Source of the DNA: an uncultured delta proteobacterium
Lineage (GTDB): Bacteria; Desulfobacterota; RBG-13-43-22
Length of the DNA stretch: 64,000 nucleotides
Direction: 5' to 3'
Assembly (NCBI GenBank): GCA_963790475.1
Contig: CAWBOS010000015.1
Location: 448,001-512,000 of the forward strand
Within the stretch, counting starts at the first letter, position 1. Every line of letters begins with the position of its first letter. A program made the position numbers and the translations under genes. The notes beneath the pieces are model-generated. The model was given only the letters and a program-made list of their open reading frames with translations. It searched no databases and was not told the origin of the DNA. Positions 1 to 10,201 of the stretch are shown here, one piece after another.

Positions 1-1267
1 TAGCGCCCTTCGTTTGAACCTGAGATACCCCATCTTTCTATCTCTGACCTTGTGCCGCTTTCGCAGGTGTGTGATCAACCGCTCTTCCACATGCCCCCGT
101 ATCCGAGCCAGTGTGGTACTGCAATTGCGGTAATGAAAGTAGCCGACCCATCCCCGCACGGTGGCGTTAACTTCATTCACCACCCACTCGATAGGCATAA
201 TGGTTCGGGATCGATCCGTAATTGCCGTCACTCGGTCTTTGATAGATTGTATGGCTTTCTTTGAAGGTTGGACGTGAGGGTAGTACTTCCCCGTTCTATT
301 GCTCCGTCCCATCCGGATCGTATATCCAAGGAAGTTGTAACTCCCTTTGTAGGCATTGACGGTCTTCGTCTTGGCCTCGTTCAGGGTAAGCCCCAGTTTC
401 GCCAGTATCCGTCGCAGCATCTGCATCGGGCGTTCGGTTCCGCACCGGCAGAGGACAACAATATCGTCCGCATAGCGCACGATCCGTGCCCCGAGTTTCT
501 TCTCCAACTGATGCCGTTCCCATATCCTGTCCATTAGATGCAGGTACAGGTTCGCCAATATTGGTGAGATTACCCCCCCTTGCGGGGTGCCTTGACGGTT
601 TTCCTTGCCACCGCCGATGTTCTTTTTCTTTCCATCCTGGTCCACTTCCATGACCGGGGCTTTGAGCCACATCTTGATGATGCGCAATATCTCACCATCA
701 CTGATCCGCTCGGCAACTACAGCCAGGAGGTTGGCGTGGGGAATGGTATCGAAGTATTTGCTCAGATCGGCGTCGATGATCTCCGTGTACCCTCTATGCA
801 TGGCCGAGGCTACATCATCAACGGCGTCGTGGGCTGACTTCCTGGGCCTAAACCCGTATGAGCTGTCGCAAAAGTCTGCTTCAAAGATCGGTTCGATGAC
901 CAGCTTTTACGGCCATCTGGGCTACCCGGTCCCGTATCGTCGGTATACCCAATGGCCTTTTGTCACCGTTGGCCTTGGGTATCATCACCCGCTTTACCGG
1001 GTCCGGTCGATAAGTCTTGCTCTTCAGTGCTTCTTCCAACTCCGCCATAAAGGCGGTTATCCCTTCTTCCGTCTCGATAGCCTCAAAGGTAACTCCGTCT
1101 ATTCCGGCGCTCCCTTTATTGGCCCGGACAAGACTGTAGGCATGACTGAGAATGTCCGCCCGGTACACCTTGTCATATAAGGCGTAGAAACGATAGGCTT
1201 TCTCCTGCTTGGCCTTCCGGTAGAGCTTCCTCTGTAGTGTCCTGATACTTTCCGGGGTTGTTAGCAT
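1..1267 (-). pseudogene. ltrA: Group II intron reverse transcriptase/maturase, frameshifted in this assembly (~905, ~497, ~290)
   Basis: Joined frames give RFYALYDKVY, RPLGIPTIRDRVAQ, SYGFRP, DADLSKYFDTIPH, GTPQGGVISPILANLYL, RYADD, FLGY and maturase GWVGYF. Confidence 0.9.
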
Positions 1268-1761
1268 CGCTGCAATCCCCTCTCCCTCCACTCTTCGGTT
1301 ACTTGAACAAAGCAGGGTCCCTTCCCTCGGGCCGGGTTTTGTTGTCCCTTGCCCTCAAGCGGTACTATGAACCCCTCCGACTCCCGATACGGCCCAATAC
1401 GATTTCGTCTCCTTATACGTATCGGTTGATGTTCCTCTTCCATCACCTCATCGGGTCTCCAGCACTGGACTGTTTATCTTCCACCGCATGCCGTCCTTGC
1501 TACCCCGGAAGATCTCAAAGGCTGCTTCCGTTTTCCAAGCCCTTAACATCGGCCTTCCCCATATGTCCACTGGGTCGGCATCTTCACTTTATATTTACGA
1601 GGCTACCTATTGGTTCATTTCCATTACGGCCTGTGGCTTTGCCAATTGGGAACTTACGACCCCCGGTTACCCGAACGCCGCTCCCTTGATCTACCGGGGT
1701 GAACGGACAACTCCCCGGACGGGACTTTAACCCGTAAGTGTAAACAGTTGTTACTGCGTAC
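1..1761 (-). mobile_element. Group II intron (IIB-type; RT resembles bacterial class E); 3' end lies outside the window
   Basis: 5' end GTACGCAG at 1761. DId3 hairpin GCCGACCCA-GTGGACATA-TGGGGAAGGC carries EBS1 GGACAU (1563-1568), which pairs with exon IBS1 AUGUUC (1762-1767). EBS2 AUAUAA (1589-1594) pairs with IBS2 UUAUAU (1769-1774). Internal RT ORF present. Confidence 0.93.
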
Positions 1762-2010
1762 GAACATGATATAATAGCAATCCTTATCCAGCCGGGCAAT
1801 GTGCCGATGATTTCGGACAATATCCTGGGAACAGCCAAAAACCTCAGACAAAACAGTTGGACCCAGGACTGATTTAGTCAAAAAACCTTCATAGTCAGCA
1901 GGGTTTTGGGTGCGGACATCCACTCTTAAGTAGTGCTCACATAAAGCTTCTTGCCAGGCAGCAAAACGTTTCGTTTTTTCTATGTTTTTGGTTGAAAAAA
2001 CGGTTCTCAA
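1762..2010 (-). CDS. 5' exon (83 codons) of a FeaR-like AraC-family regulator interrupted by the intron
   Basis: FSTKNI..RFAAWQEALCEHY..IVRNHRHIAR matches the AraC_binding_2 N-terminus. Similarity ends exactly at the intron junction (codon phase 0). Confidence 0.75.
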
Positions 2011-2136
2011 GAAGTTCCCGCCTTTTTGGGCAAGATTTGATACTATTACGCTATTTTCTAATAATATATTCGACGGTTATTTGTCAAGAAAAAATCAAAA
2101 TCTTAAGAGGTCAGGGGGGAAGGGGAATATAAACAC

Positions 2137-2166
2137 AAAAGCCCTTTCCCTCGAGGTGGAAAGGGC
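2137..2166 (-). terminator. Intrinsic terminator after hdrB
   Basis: GCCCTTTCC/GGAAAGGGC stem followed by a T-run on the minus strand. Confidence 0.6.
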
Positions 2167-2194
2167 CTATTTATCAAGATAGTTGTAAAAACTC

Positions 2195-3064
2195 TCATGC
2201 GGCTTTAAGATAAGGATCGGCGGAGATAAGCAGGCGGTCCAGGGCGGCTTCTCTTCTGGAAAGGCCGAAAGCCACGGCCATCAACTGGGTGATAAAAACC
2301 ACCGGGATATTAAAGTTGGTCCCTATGGCCTTGTTCATCCGCTTTTGATAAGCCTCCAGGTTCATCTGGCACATCGGGCAGGCCGTGGAAATAATCTGGC
2401 CGCCATGGGCCTGGGCATCTCCCAGAATATCCCTGGCCAGTTCATAACAAGCCTCCAACTCGGTCAGGAACAATCCTGAACCGCAGCAGCGCATCTTATT
2501 GGGAAAGGGCACCGCCTTGGCTCCCAGGGCCTCAATAATTAGATCCTGGATCACCGGCTTTTCCACACTGTCGTATTCCCCGAAAGGCCTAACGGTCTGG
2601 CAGCCCACATACCCGGCCACCTGAACCCCATTCAGGGGCTTTTTGACCGCAGCTCTGATTTTATCCAGGCCCACATCATTGAACAGGACATCCAATAGAT
2701 GCCGCACCCGAATTTTTCCGCTGTATTTCAGGTTTCCCTCGGCCAGAACTTCATTGACCTCGGCCAGGAGTCCAGGCTTTTCCTGCAATTTATGATTAAC
2801 CTTATTCAAGACGATATAGCAGGAACTGCAAGGGGCGACGATATCCATCCCGCCTTGGGCCTCGGCCAAAGCCAGATTGCGAGCCGCCAGCACATCCACC
2901 GAAAGTTCGTTCCCTCCCACATAAGAAATACTGGCTCCGCAGCAGTTCCAATCCTCGATTTCTTTTAAGGACAGGCCTAATACCTTGGCCACGGCCTTTA
3001 ATGAAACCATATAATGGATTCCGCCGGCTTCCAGAGAACACCCTTGATAAAGGAAATAATTCAT
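2195..3064 (-). CDS. hdrB: Heterodisulfide reductase subunit B-like protein
   Basis: Two CCG domains: WNCCG..APCSSC and YVGCQ..RCCG..TACPMC. Confidence 0.92.
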   Translation of the reverse strand: MNYFLYQGCSLEAGGIHYMVSLKAVAKVLGLSLKEIEDWNCCGASISYVGGNELSVDVLAARNLALAEAQGGMDIVAPCSSCYIVLNKVNHKLQEKPGLLAEVNEVLAEGNLKYSGKIRVRHLLDVLFNDVGLDKIRAAVKKPLNGVQVAGYVGCQTVRPFGEYDSVEKPVIQDLIIEALGAKAVPFPNKMRCCGSGLFLTELEACYELARDILGDAQAHGGQIISTACPMCQMNLEAYQKRMNKAIGTNFNIPVVFITQLMAVAFGLSRREAALDRLLISADPYLKAA

Positions 3065-3687
3065 CAGACGGCACCCCCCTTTCCCATGGTCTTGGCTTTA
3101 TCCAGCATCTTCCTTAAAGATTTGACATTTTTTATGGGTCTTTCGGGCAGGACCTTCATTCGTTTATGGAGAAGCATACCCAGGCCCATATTCTTATTCT
3201 CCAGCATCAGCTTTATGCCCGGCCCCAGTCCATGACCCAGAAAATACCGCTGGGCCACGTCCTTTTCATCAATCCGCCCCAGTCGATAAATATTACCCCA
3301 GAATTTTTGTCCAAAGAGGGCGGTTTCTGCTCTGGGCTTATATCCCAGACGAAGAGCATAATGGGCCAGCCCATGCATGACGTCCACCACCGGCACCTTC
3401 CGGGGGCAGCGCACTTTACAGGAATAGCAGGAGGTACACAACATGATGGCCCGGCTGCTCAGGACTTTTTCACGTTGTCCGGCCCGGATCAGGGTAAAAA
3501 TCTTTCTGGGAGAAAAATCCATTTTTTCCCTCAAGGGGCAGGAGGCGGCACAAACCCCGCACTGCATGCACATCTTGATTTCATCCCCCGAGTCCACTTT
3601 TTTATAGACCTCGCGGGCAAAGGACTGGTCGTAAGCTTTTCCCGAACCACCTCTTGAACCAGATTTAGGTCCCACTACCTGTTCCAT
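3064..3687 (-). CDS. hdrC: Heterodisulfide reductase subunit C-like Fe-S protein
   Basis: CMQCGVCAASCP and CTSCYSCKVRCP motifs, no transmembrane helices, stop overlaps hdrB start. Start taken at ATG 3687; the ORF extends to 3723. Confidence 0.88.
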   Translation of the reverse strand: MEQVVGPKSGSRGGSGKAYDQSFAREVYKKVDSGDEIKMCMQCGVCAASCPLREKMDFSPRKIFTLIRAGQREKVLSSRAIMLCTSCYSCKVRCPRKVPVVDVMHGLAHYALRLGYKPRAETALFGQKFWGNIYRLGRIDEKDVAQRYFLGHGLGPGIKLMLENKNMGLGMLLHKRMKVLPERPIKNVKSLRKMLDKAKTMGKGGAV

Positions 3688-3838
3688 TTTTTTGATCCTT
3701 CTCTGTTTATTCTTAGGATTCAAGGAGCCAAAGGGACGGATTCAAGTAAAAAGCCAAGGAACATAAAAATCAACCCACTGAATCTTCGAACCCTTTTTTA
3801 TTCTGACCCCTGCCTCCTGTATTCTAACTTCTATTTTA

Positions 3839-5974
3839 TTAGAACCCCTTATACGGATTCGGTTCCAGTTCCTTAATCCTGGCCATAAAATCATTCAGGA
3901 TGACCGGCAGCCGGTCATAGTCATTTACGGAGATTTCCTCTACCCGGACTCGTTCCGGTTCCAGGGCCAGACGACCCAGAGTTTCAGAAATTTTCTCCAT
4001 CCGGGTATTGGCCAGTTCACTGCCTTTAATGAAGTGGCATTGATAGTCATCGCCCTTGCGGCAGCCCAGCAGGATAACCCCATCGATCCCCTTGGCCAGG
4101 GCGTCGGCGATCCAGACCAGGTTCACCGATCCCAAACAGCGAACCGGGATAAACCGGTAGAAAGGATCAATGGGAATCCGATTGATCCCGGCCATATCCA
4201 GGGCCGGGTAGGCGTCGTTTTCGCAGATCAGGGCAATGACCCTCGGTTTCTCATCATCCGCGTCAGGCACCTCGATACCTTTGATCATGGAGCCAATCAT
4301 ATCCACTGAGTAATTCTTAAAGGAAATAATCCGTTCCGGACAGGCCCCCATACAGGTCCCGCAGCGCCGGCAGCGGGTGGTATTGGGCAATGGGTTGGCC
4401 TTTTCATCTTCATTGATGGCCCCGAAAGGACATTCTTCGGTACACCGTTTACATTGAGTACACCGGGACATCATAAATTCGGGGTAGGTCATATCCCCGG
4501 ACCTGGGGAAGGTCGAAGACCCTATGGCTGTGGATTCGATACACTGAATAGCCTTAAGGGCCGCTCCGGTCGCATCCTCGGCAGCAAGGGCCGTTTCCAT
4601 AGGACTGCGTACACATCCTGCCGTATAAATGCCGGTCCTCTGGGTTTCATACGGAAAACAAATAAAATTGGAATCCGGGAATCCATACTTATTGACGGGC
4701 AAGCCCGGTCCCTGCCGGTAATCGAGATTGAGGGCCGTTTCATCAATCGAGGTCGGCACCAGACCCACAGCCAGGACCACCAGGTCCAGCTCTTCCAGTT
4801 GAATGGTCTCGTTCAGCAGGGCATCATTGGCTTCCACGATCAGGTTCTTGTTGCCATCCTCGGAAATGGAGTTCAATTCACCACGGATAAAAATTCCGCC
4901 GTCCCTTTGTACCTTGCGGTAAAAATCCTCACTCTGGTGAGGCGTCCGTATATCCTTATATAGGATGTAAACTACCGCTTCCGGGTCCTGCTCTTTCACG
5001 TAGGTGGCCTGCTTCAAAGAAACCAGACAACAGACCGAGGAACAATAAGGCAGATGATTTTCATCCCGGGAACCGGCACACTGAATAAAGAGGACGTTTT
5101 TGGCCTCTTTGCCGTCGGAAGGCCGGGTGATCTTCCCGCTCTTGGCCATTTCCTCCATCTGGACGTTGGTAATCACATTGGGGAATTTGCCGTAGCCCAG
5201 GTGTTCTAATTTGTTGGCATCATAAGGCTTCCAGCCGGTGGCCTGGACCACCGAACCGACCCGTTCGGTGGTGGAAGAGCCATTGTGGGAGATAGTCACA
5301 TCAAAGACCCCCGGGCCGCCGGCGATCTTTTCGATTTGGGCGGAGGTGAAGACTTTGATATTGGGTTCGGCTTCCACTTTCTTGATCTGGTTTTCCAGAT
5401 CCACGGATTGTAGTTCCTTATAAGGGGGACGGATGCGTTTATTCATCTTGTTCATGAACCCGCCCAGGACCGGCTCCTTCTCCACCAACAGGACCGGATA
5501 ACCGGCCTGGGCTGCACCGACAGCGGCATTCATGCCGGCAAACCCGCCGCCCACCACCAGCACGGTCTTGCTCATGTTCTCGGCCTGGTAGGGTTCCGGG
5601 GGGGTGCTCTTGTTCAATTTAACCAGCCCCATGCGCATATTGTCCTCGGCCATCATCTGGGTATCTTCGTCATTGGCCGGTAAAACCCAGGCCACCTGTT
5701 CCCGAACATTGACCCGGTCCTGCAAACCAGGACCGAAATCGAAGACATCGTATTTAACCCGAGGGGAACAGGCCACGATGGAAAGGGTGTTGACCCCTTC
5801 ATTGGCCATATCGGACTTGATCATTTCCACCCCTTCGACGCTGCAGAGCCAGGGATGGGTCTTGCATACCGGGGCCTTAAACTCCTTGGTGGCCACCTTT
5901 TTTAACGCCTCTATATCCAGGGAATCTCCGATCCCGCATCCGGTACAAATATATACGCCCAGTTTCTTATCCAT
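3839..5974 (-). CDS. qmoB: QmoB (HdrA-like FAD/Fe-S protein with C-terminal MvhD domain)
   Basis: GGGFAG FAD motif, QCAGSRD..YCSSVCC, ferredoxin CxxCxxC motifs, MvhD CENDAY/RCLGS/QCHF; lies downstream of aprBA-qmoA. Confidence 0.93.
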   Translation of the reverse strand: MDKKLGVYICTGCGIGDSLDIEALKKVATKEFKAPVCKTHPWLCSVEGVEMIKSDMANEGVNTLSIVACSPRVKYDVFDFGPGLQDRVNVREQVAWVLPANDEDTQMMAEDNMRMGLVKLNKSTPPEPYQAENMSKTVLVVGGGFAGMNAAVGAAQAGYPVLLVEKEPVLGGFMNKMNKRIRPPYKELQSVDLENQIKKVEAEPNIKVFTSAQIEKIAGGPGVFDVTISHNGSSTTERVGSVVQATGWKPYDANKLEHLGYGKFPNVITNVQMEEMAKSGKITRPSDGKEAKNVLFIQCAGSRDENHLPYCSSVCCLVSLKQATYVKEQDPEAVVYILYKDIRTPHQSEDFYRKVQRDGGIFIRGELNSISEDGNKNLIVEANDALLNETIQLEELDLVVLAVGLVPTSIDETALNLDYRQGPGLPVNKYGFPDSNFICFPYETQRTGIYTAGCVRSPMETALAAEDATGAALKAIQCIESTAIGSSTFPRSGDMTYPEFMMSRCTQCKRCTEECPFGAINEDEKANPLPNTTRCRRCGTCMGACPERIISFKNYSVDMIGSMIKGIEVPDADDEKPRVIALICENDAYPALDMAGINRIPIDPFYRFIPVRCLGSVNLVWIADALAKGIDGVILLGCRKGDDYQCHFIKGSELANTRMEKISETLGRLALEPERVRVEEISVNDYDRLPVILNDFMARIKELEPNPYKGF

Positions 5975-5980
5975 TCGAAT

Positions 5981-7237
5981 TTACCTCCTCACCACAGATT
6001 GAATAGCCCGGAGCGCCGCCCCGGTGGCATCCTGGACCACGCCGGCCACATCCGCCGGCCGTTTGATACAGCCGGCGCCATAAATACCCTTTTGCTCCTG
6101 ATCGGAGACGATAAAGCCATAGTCGTCGTAGGTGACCGGAGCCGGGACCTTGACGGTTGCCGTGGCCGGTTCCATACCGGTGGCCAGGACCACCATATCG
6201 ACGGTTTCCCGGATCCGCTCTCCGGACATGGTGTCCTCCCCCTCCAGGATCAGGTTTTTGGTGACCGGGTCCTCGGTGATCAGGGCGATCTTGGATTTGA
6301 TCAGCGACAACTTTTCGTCCTGTTTCACCTTGACAAAAAAATCTTCCAGTTTGCCCTGGGCCCGAATATCGATGAAATAGATAAAGGCCTGGGCATTGGG
6401 ATTTTTTTCCCGGAGATAAGTGGACTGTTTCAAGGAGGCCAGACAGCAGACACCCGAGCAATAGGCCAGGTGATTTTCATCCCGTGATCCGGCACATTGA
6501 ATAAAGGCTACCTTCTCCACTTCTTTTTGATCCGATGGCCGAAGGATTTTTCCCTGGGTCGGACCGTTGTCCGCGCAAAGCCTTTCCATCATGACATTGG
6601 TGATGACATTAGGATATTGGCCAAACCCGTAATTTTCCAGTTTTTTGGCATCATAGGGGTTCCAACCGGCGGCCCAGACGATGGCTCCGACGTTCAGGGT
6701 AAAGGTTTGGGGTTTCATATCCAATTCGATAGCATCATACTTGCAAGCCTCAACACATTTGGCGCAAGCTTGTCCCAGGCAAACCGAGCCATCGATCACA
6801 TACTGCATGGGAAAGGCCATGGCATAGGGCAGATAGGCGGCCTTGTTTTTATCCAGGCCGTAATTAAAATCATTGGCCCGCTCCACCGGACAGGCTTCGG
6901 CGCATTTATTACAGCCGGTACAGCGCTCATTGACCAGGCGGGGGGTGGTTTTTATGGTCACCTGATAATTCCCTTCTTCCCCGGAAATGGTTTCCACCTC
7001 CGCCAAGGTATAAAAGGTAATTCGGGAATTATTCTTGGTCCTTTTAAAATTAATCTCCAGGCCGCAATTGGGGGGGCACAGTTTGGGAAAATACTGATAG
7101 AGTTGAGCCACCCTGCCGCCCAGATAGGGATTTTTCTCCACAATCACCACCTCGTAGCCGACTTCTGCGGCCTCGATGGCGGAAGTCAGTCCGCTCATGC
7201 CGCCGCCGACAATTAAAATACTTTTTTTATCTCCCAT
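5981..7237 (-). CDS. qmoA: QmoA (HdrA-like flavoprotein)
   Basis: GGGMSG, YFPKLCPPNCGLEIN (QmoA signature), QCAGSRD. Confidence 0.93.
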   Translation of the reverse strand: MGDKKSILIVGGGMSGLTSAIEAAEVGYEVVIVEKNPYLGGRVAQLYQYFPKLCPPNCGLEINFKRTKNNSRITFYTLAEVETISGEEGNYQVTIKTTPRLVNERCTGCNKCAEACPVERANDFNYGLDKNKAAYLPYAMAFPMQYVIDGSVCLGQACAKCVEACKYDAIELDMKPQTFTLNVGAIVWAAGWNPYDAKKLENYGFGQYPNVITNVMMERLCADNGPTQGKILRPSDQKEVEKVAFIQCAGSRDENHLAYCSGVCCLASLKQSTYLREKNPNAQAFIYFIDIRAQGKLEDFFVKVKQDEKLSLIKSKIALITEDPVTKNLILEGEDTMSGERIRETVDMVVLATGMEPATATVKVPAPVTYDDYGFIVSDQEQKGIYGAGCIKRPADVAGVVQDATGAALRAIQSVVRR

Positions 7238-7575
7238 AGACTCCTCCAGGATTTTATTTTATGGTTTTCGGAAAAAACTTTTTTCTGGATTATGATGAGA
7301 CCTTTGAAAATTGTTCAATTTTGGTCAAGATCAAGGAAGGCGAAAATTTCAACCGTAGGAATATATGTAAATATTTCGAGGATTGAAATTTGAGCCTGAC
7401 ACAGGGATTGGACAAAAGGGGACATTTTTCATAGGTCTCATTATAAAAAGGAACGGGCTGAAACACATAGGGGTTACACCGGCCGCTTATTGAAAGAGAG
7501 GAATTTTCAGAAAGATCGAGTCCCTGAAAGATGCAGACTCGGTTTTCCTCTCTTTTAATAAACCGCTTTTTGATC

Positions 7576-7609
7576 AAAAAAAACTCCAGGCGCCCTTGGG
7601 CGCCTGGAG
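7576..7609 (-). terminator. Intrinsic terminator after aprA
   Basis: CTCCAGGCGCC/GGCGCCTGGAG stem followed by T8 on the minus strand. Confidence 0.75.
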
Positions 7610-7628
7610 GTTATGAAATTATTTTCAA

Positions 7629-9513
7629 TTACGGGATAAGGGGAACCACGTCTCTTTTGATCATGGTCCACTCACCGGTTTTGGGATCATACTTACAATT
7701 GGCAAAGACATGCCAGTTTTTCTCATCCATGGTCGGTTTGTCGGCCCGGAAGTAATAACCCGGCCAGCGGGTCTCCTCCCGGAACAGGATGGTCCGCATA
7801 TGGGCTTCGGCCTGCCAGGTCCTTTGCACGTTTTCCCAGCAGCGTTCCAGCTCATAGACGTTCTTGGCACCCAGTTTGGCCGAGTCTTCCTGCAGCATGG
7901 CCATGAGTTCCAGACCTCTTTCGATCAGCGATTTGCTGGTCTTGAAGCCCGATCCCCAACCACCGGCATATTCATCCATCATCTTCTGGAGACGATGCAT
8001 ATAGGACATGGGTTTGACGTAGTTGGGGTTGATATCCGGATCCGAGGAAAGCTTGCAGAACTGTTCATACAGGTTCAAGCGGAGCCAGGATTTCTTTTTT
8101 CAGGGCCGCAACCTGAGCGGCATCGACATTGGGCATGGCCTTATTCTCCACACAGTACCGCACCGCTTCCTTACCGGTGAAACGGCCTTCGGCATGGGAG
8201 CCGGAGGAGAACTTGTGGCTGGAGGCGCCGGAGGCGTCACCGCAGGCAAACAAGCCTTTTACGGTACACATGTTGCCGTAACCCCATTTATAGGGGGTAT
8301 CCAGGTCTTCAGGACCGCTGACCCAGGCACCGGAGGCACCGGAGTGAGAACCGATAAAGTAGGGCTCACAAGCGGCGATCTCGGAACGGCTGGCCTCGGG
8401 CATGATGTTGCTGGCTGCCCAGAGGATGGCTTGGGAAATGGTCATATCCAGGAAGTCTTCCCAGGCCTCGGATTCCAGTTCCTTCATCTTTTTCTTGAAG
8501 GCCTTTTCATCAGGAGTGCCTTTGGCGATATTCTGAATGGCCTCGGCGGTCTCCATGTAGAGAGGCCCTAAACCGGCTTCCACGTCCAGCATGCCCAGGT
8601 AGTTCCGCAGGTTGGCCGGAATCGGTTTGGCCAGACCATAGGGGGCCCAGTTATTGAGCTCATCCTTACGGACGACCATATATTCACCACCGGTGGCACT
8701 GGTGGCCCGGGATTTGAAAAGCAGGAACCAGGCCCCGACCGGTCCATAGGCATCCTTGAACCGAACCGGAATGAAACGGACTTCCTGACAGGTCATTTCA
8801 GCACCGGCCTTAAGGGTGAAAAAGGCGCTGGACCCGGTATTGAAAGGCGGATACCAGGATCGGCCTTGACCTTCACCTGTGGACCGGGGACGGAAAACGT
8901 GAACCGCTCCACCCATGGCGCAGATTACGGCCTTGGCTTTAAAGACATAAAATTTCTCATCACGGGTCCCGAAACCGACGGCCCCGGCGATCCGGTCTCC
9001 GTCCATAAGAGGAGCCACGATGAAAACCCGCTCATAGATCTCGAAACCGCCGGCATCCATGGCGTTTTTAGCGGCCTCGGCCACGATCACCTTATAGGAT
9101 TCGCCGTTGATCATGAGCTGCCACCGGCCTTCATGGACATACTTGCCGTTTTCATCCAGCCAGATGGGCAAGCCCCATTTTTCAAAAAGGTGGACTGAAG
9201 AATCTACGTGCCGTGCGATATTGAAAACCAGGTCTTCCCGCGAAATCCCCATCAGGTCCTGACGGACGTAATGCACGTAATCTTCACAGGTGTTCTGGCC
9301 GTCGGCAATGCCGATATATTGGTTGATAGCCGAAAGGCCCATGGCCACGGCCCCGGAACGTGTATAGGCGGCCTTATCGACAGCCGTAACTTTAACACCA
9401 TTTTTCTTGGCCCAGTAGGCGGCTTCAACAGCAGCCCCAGTGGCGGCCATTCCTCCACCGACAATCAACAGATCGGTGGTTACTTCTACAGTTGGATAAT
9501 CTGCCATAATCAT
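7629..9513 (-). CDS. aprA: Adenylylsulfate reductase alpha subunit, split by a +1 frameshift near 8072-8075
   Basis: RSGAVAMGLSAIN, WQLMINGESYK, HKFSSGSHAEGR, REETRWPGYYFRAD. Removing one base joins ORFs 8065-9513 and 7629-8078. Confidence 0.95.
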
Positions 9514-9525
9514 TTCCCTCCTTCG

Positions 9526-9987
9526 TTACTTTTTTGGTGTGGGTATAGCCGCCACTTTCAAAGAAGCAGGCTCTGTGAACAGGTAAGGGCTCTTCAGATC
9601 GCCGGAACCTTCATCAAATCCGCCGCCCGGAACCGCGCTGCCTTCAGCCGTGGTGCGGATGGGGAACTTAAACCGTTTCAGAGATCCATTCCGGAATTTG
9701 ACGGTCCACATAATGTCCTCGGTACCCCGAAGAGGGGTGACACTGGCACCCATGGGCACGAAGTCGGCATAACCCCGGACGTCAATAGCCTGTTGGGGGC
9801 AGATCTTGACGCAGTTATAACATTCCCAACAAAGGGAGGGGTCCCGGTTAAAGGCCTTCATCTCGCCGTAACCCAGGGAGCCGTCCTTGTCCAGGAACAT
9901 CAGGTCAACAGGGCAAATGTACATACAGGCGGTTTTGTCCTGCCCTTTGCATCCATCACATTTTTCTAACATTACAAAACTTGGCAT
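9526..9987 (-). CDS. aprB: Adenylylsulfate reductase beta subunit
   Basis: KCDGCKGQDKTACMYICP, CWECYNCVKICP, KRFKFPIRTTAEG. Confidence 0.96.
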   Translation of the reverse strand: MPSFVMLEKCDGCKGQDKTACMYICPVDLMFLDKDGSLGYGEMKAFNRDPSLCWECYNCVKICPQQAIDVRGYADFVPMGASVTPLRGTEDIMWTVKFRNGSLKRFKFPIRTTAEGSAVPGGGFDEGSGDLKSPYLFTEPASLKVAAIPTPKK

Positions 9988-10160
9988 AATTTCCTCCTTA
10001 TTTTACTTTATTAACCTAAAGTGCATTCATCATTTCTTTTATAAATTAGGACCTTACATAATAAGCTTGGTGACTTGTGGTGACCTCCTTTCTATTGATT
10101 GTTCTTGGAATCAGGGAAATCCCTTTTTGATATTAAAAGCTGAAAAAAAAATGAAAAATC

Positions 10161-10194
10161 AAAAAAAGGGGGCCTTGTTTTTCAAGACCCCTTT
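10161..10194 (-). terminator. Probable terminator after sat
   Basis: GGGGTCTTG/CAAGGCCCC hairpin followed by T7 on the minus strand. Confidence 0.55.
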
Positions 10195-10201
10195 TCTAAA
10201 A

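Noticed and set aside
1-1291. RT as a retron, DGR or defence RT
   Set aside because: Maturase X domain, intron domain I with EBS1/EBS2 and exon pairing identify a group II intron; no TR/VR pair or msr-msd.
3688-3838. Extended HdrC N-terminus or small ORF
   Set aside because: The region looks like a degenerate GGATTCAAG repeat; ATG 3687 is the more plausible start.
8065-8067. Selenocysteine or read-through at the TGA in aprA
   Set aside because: The continuation is in a different frame and there is no slippery heptamer; a single-base indel explains it.
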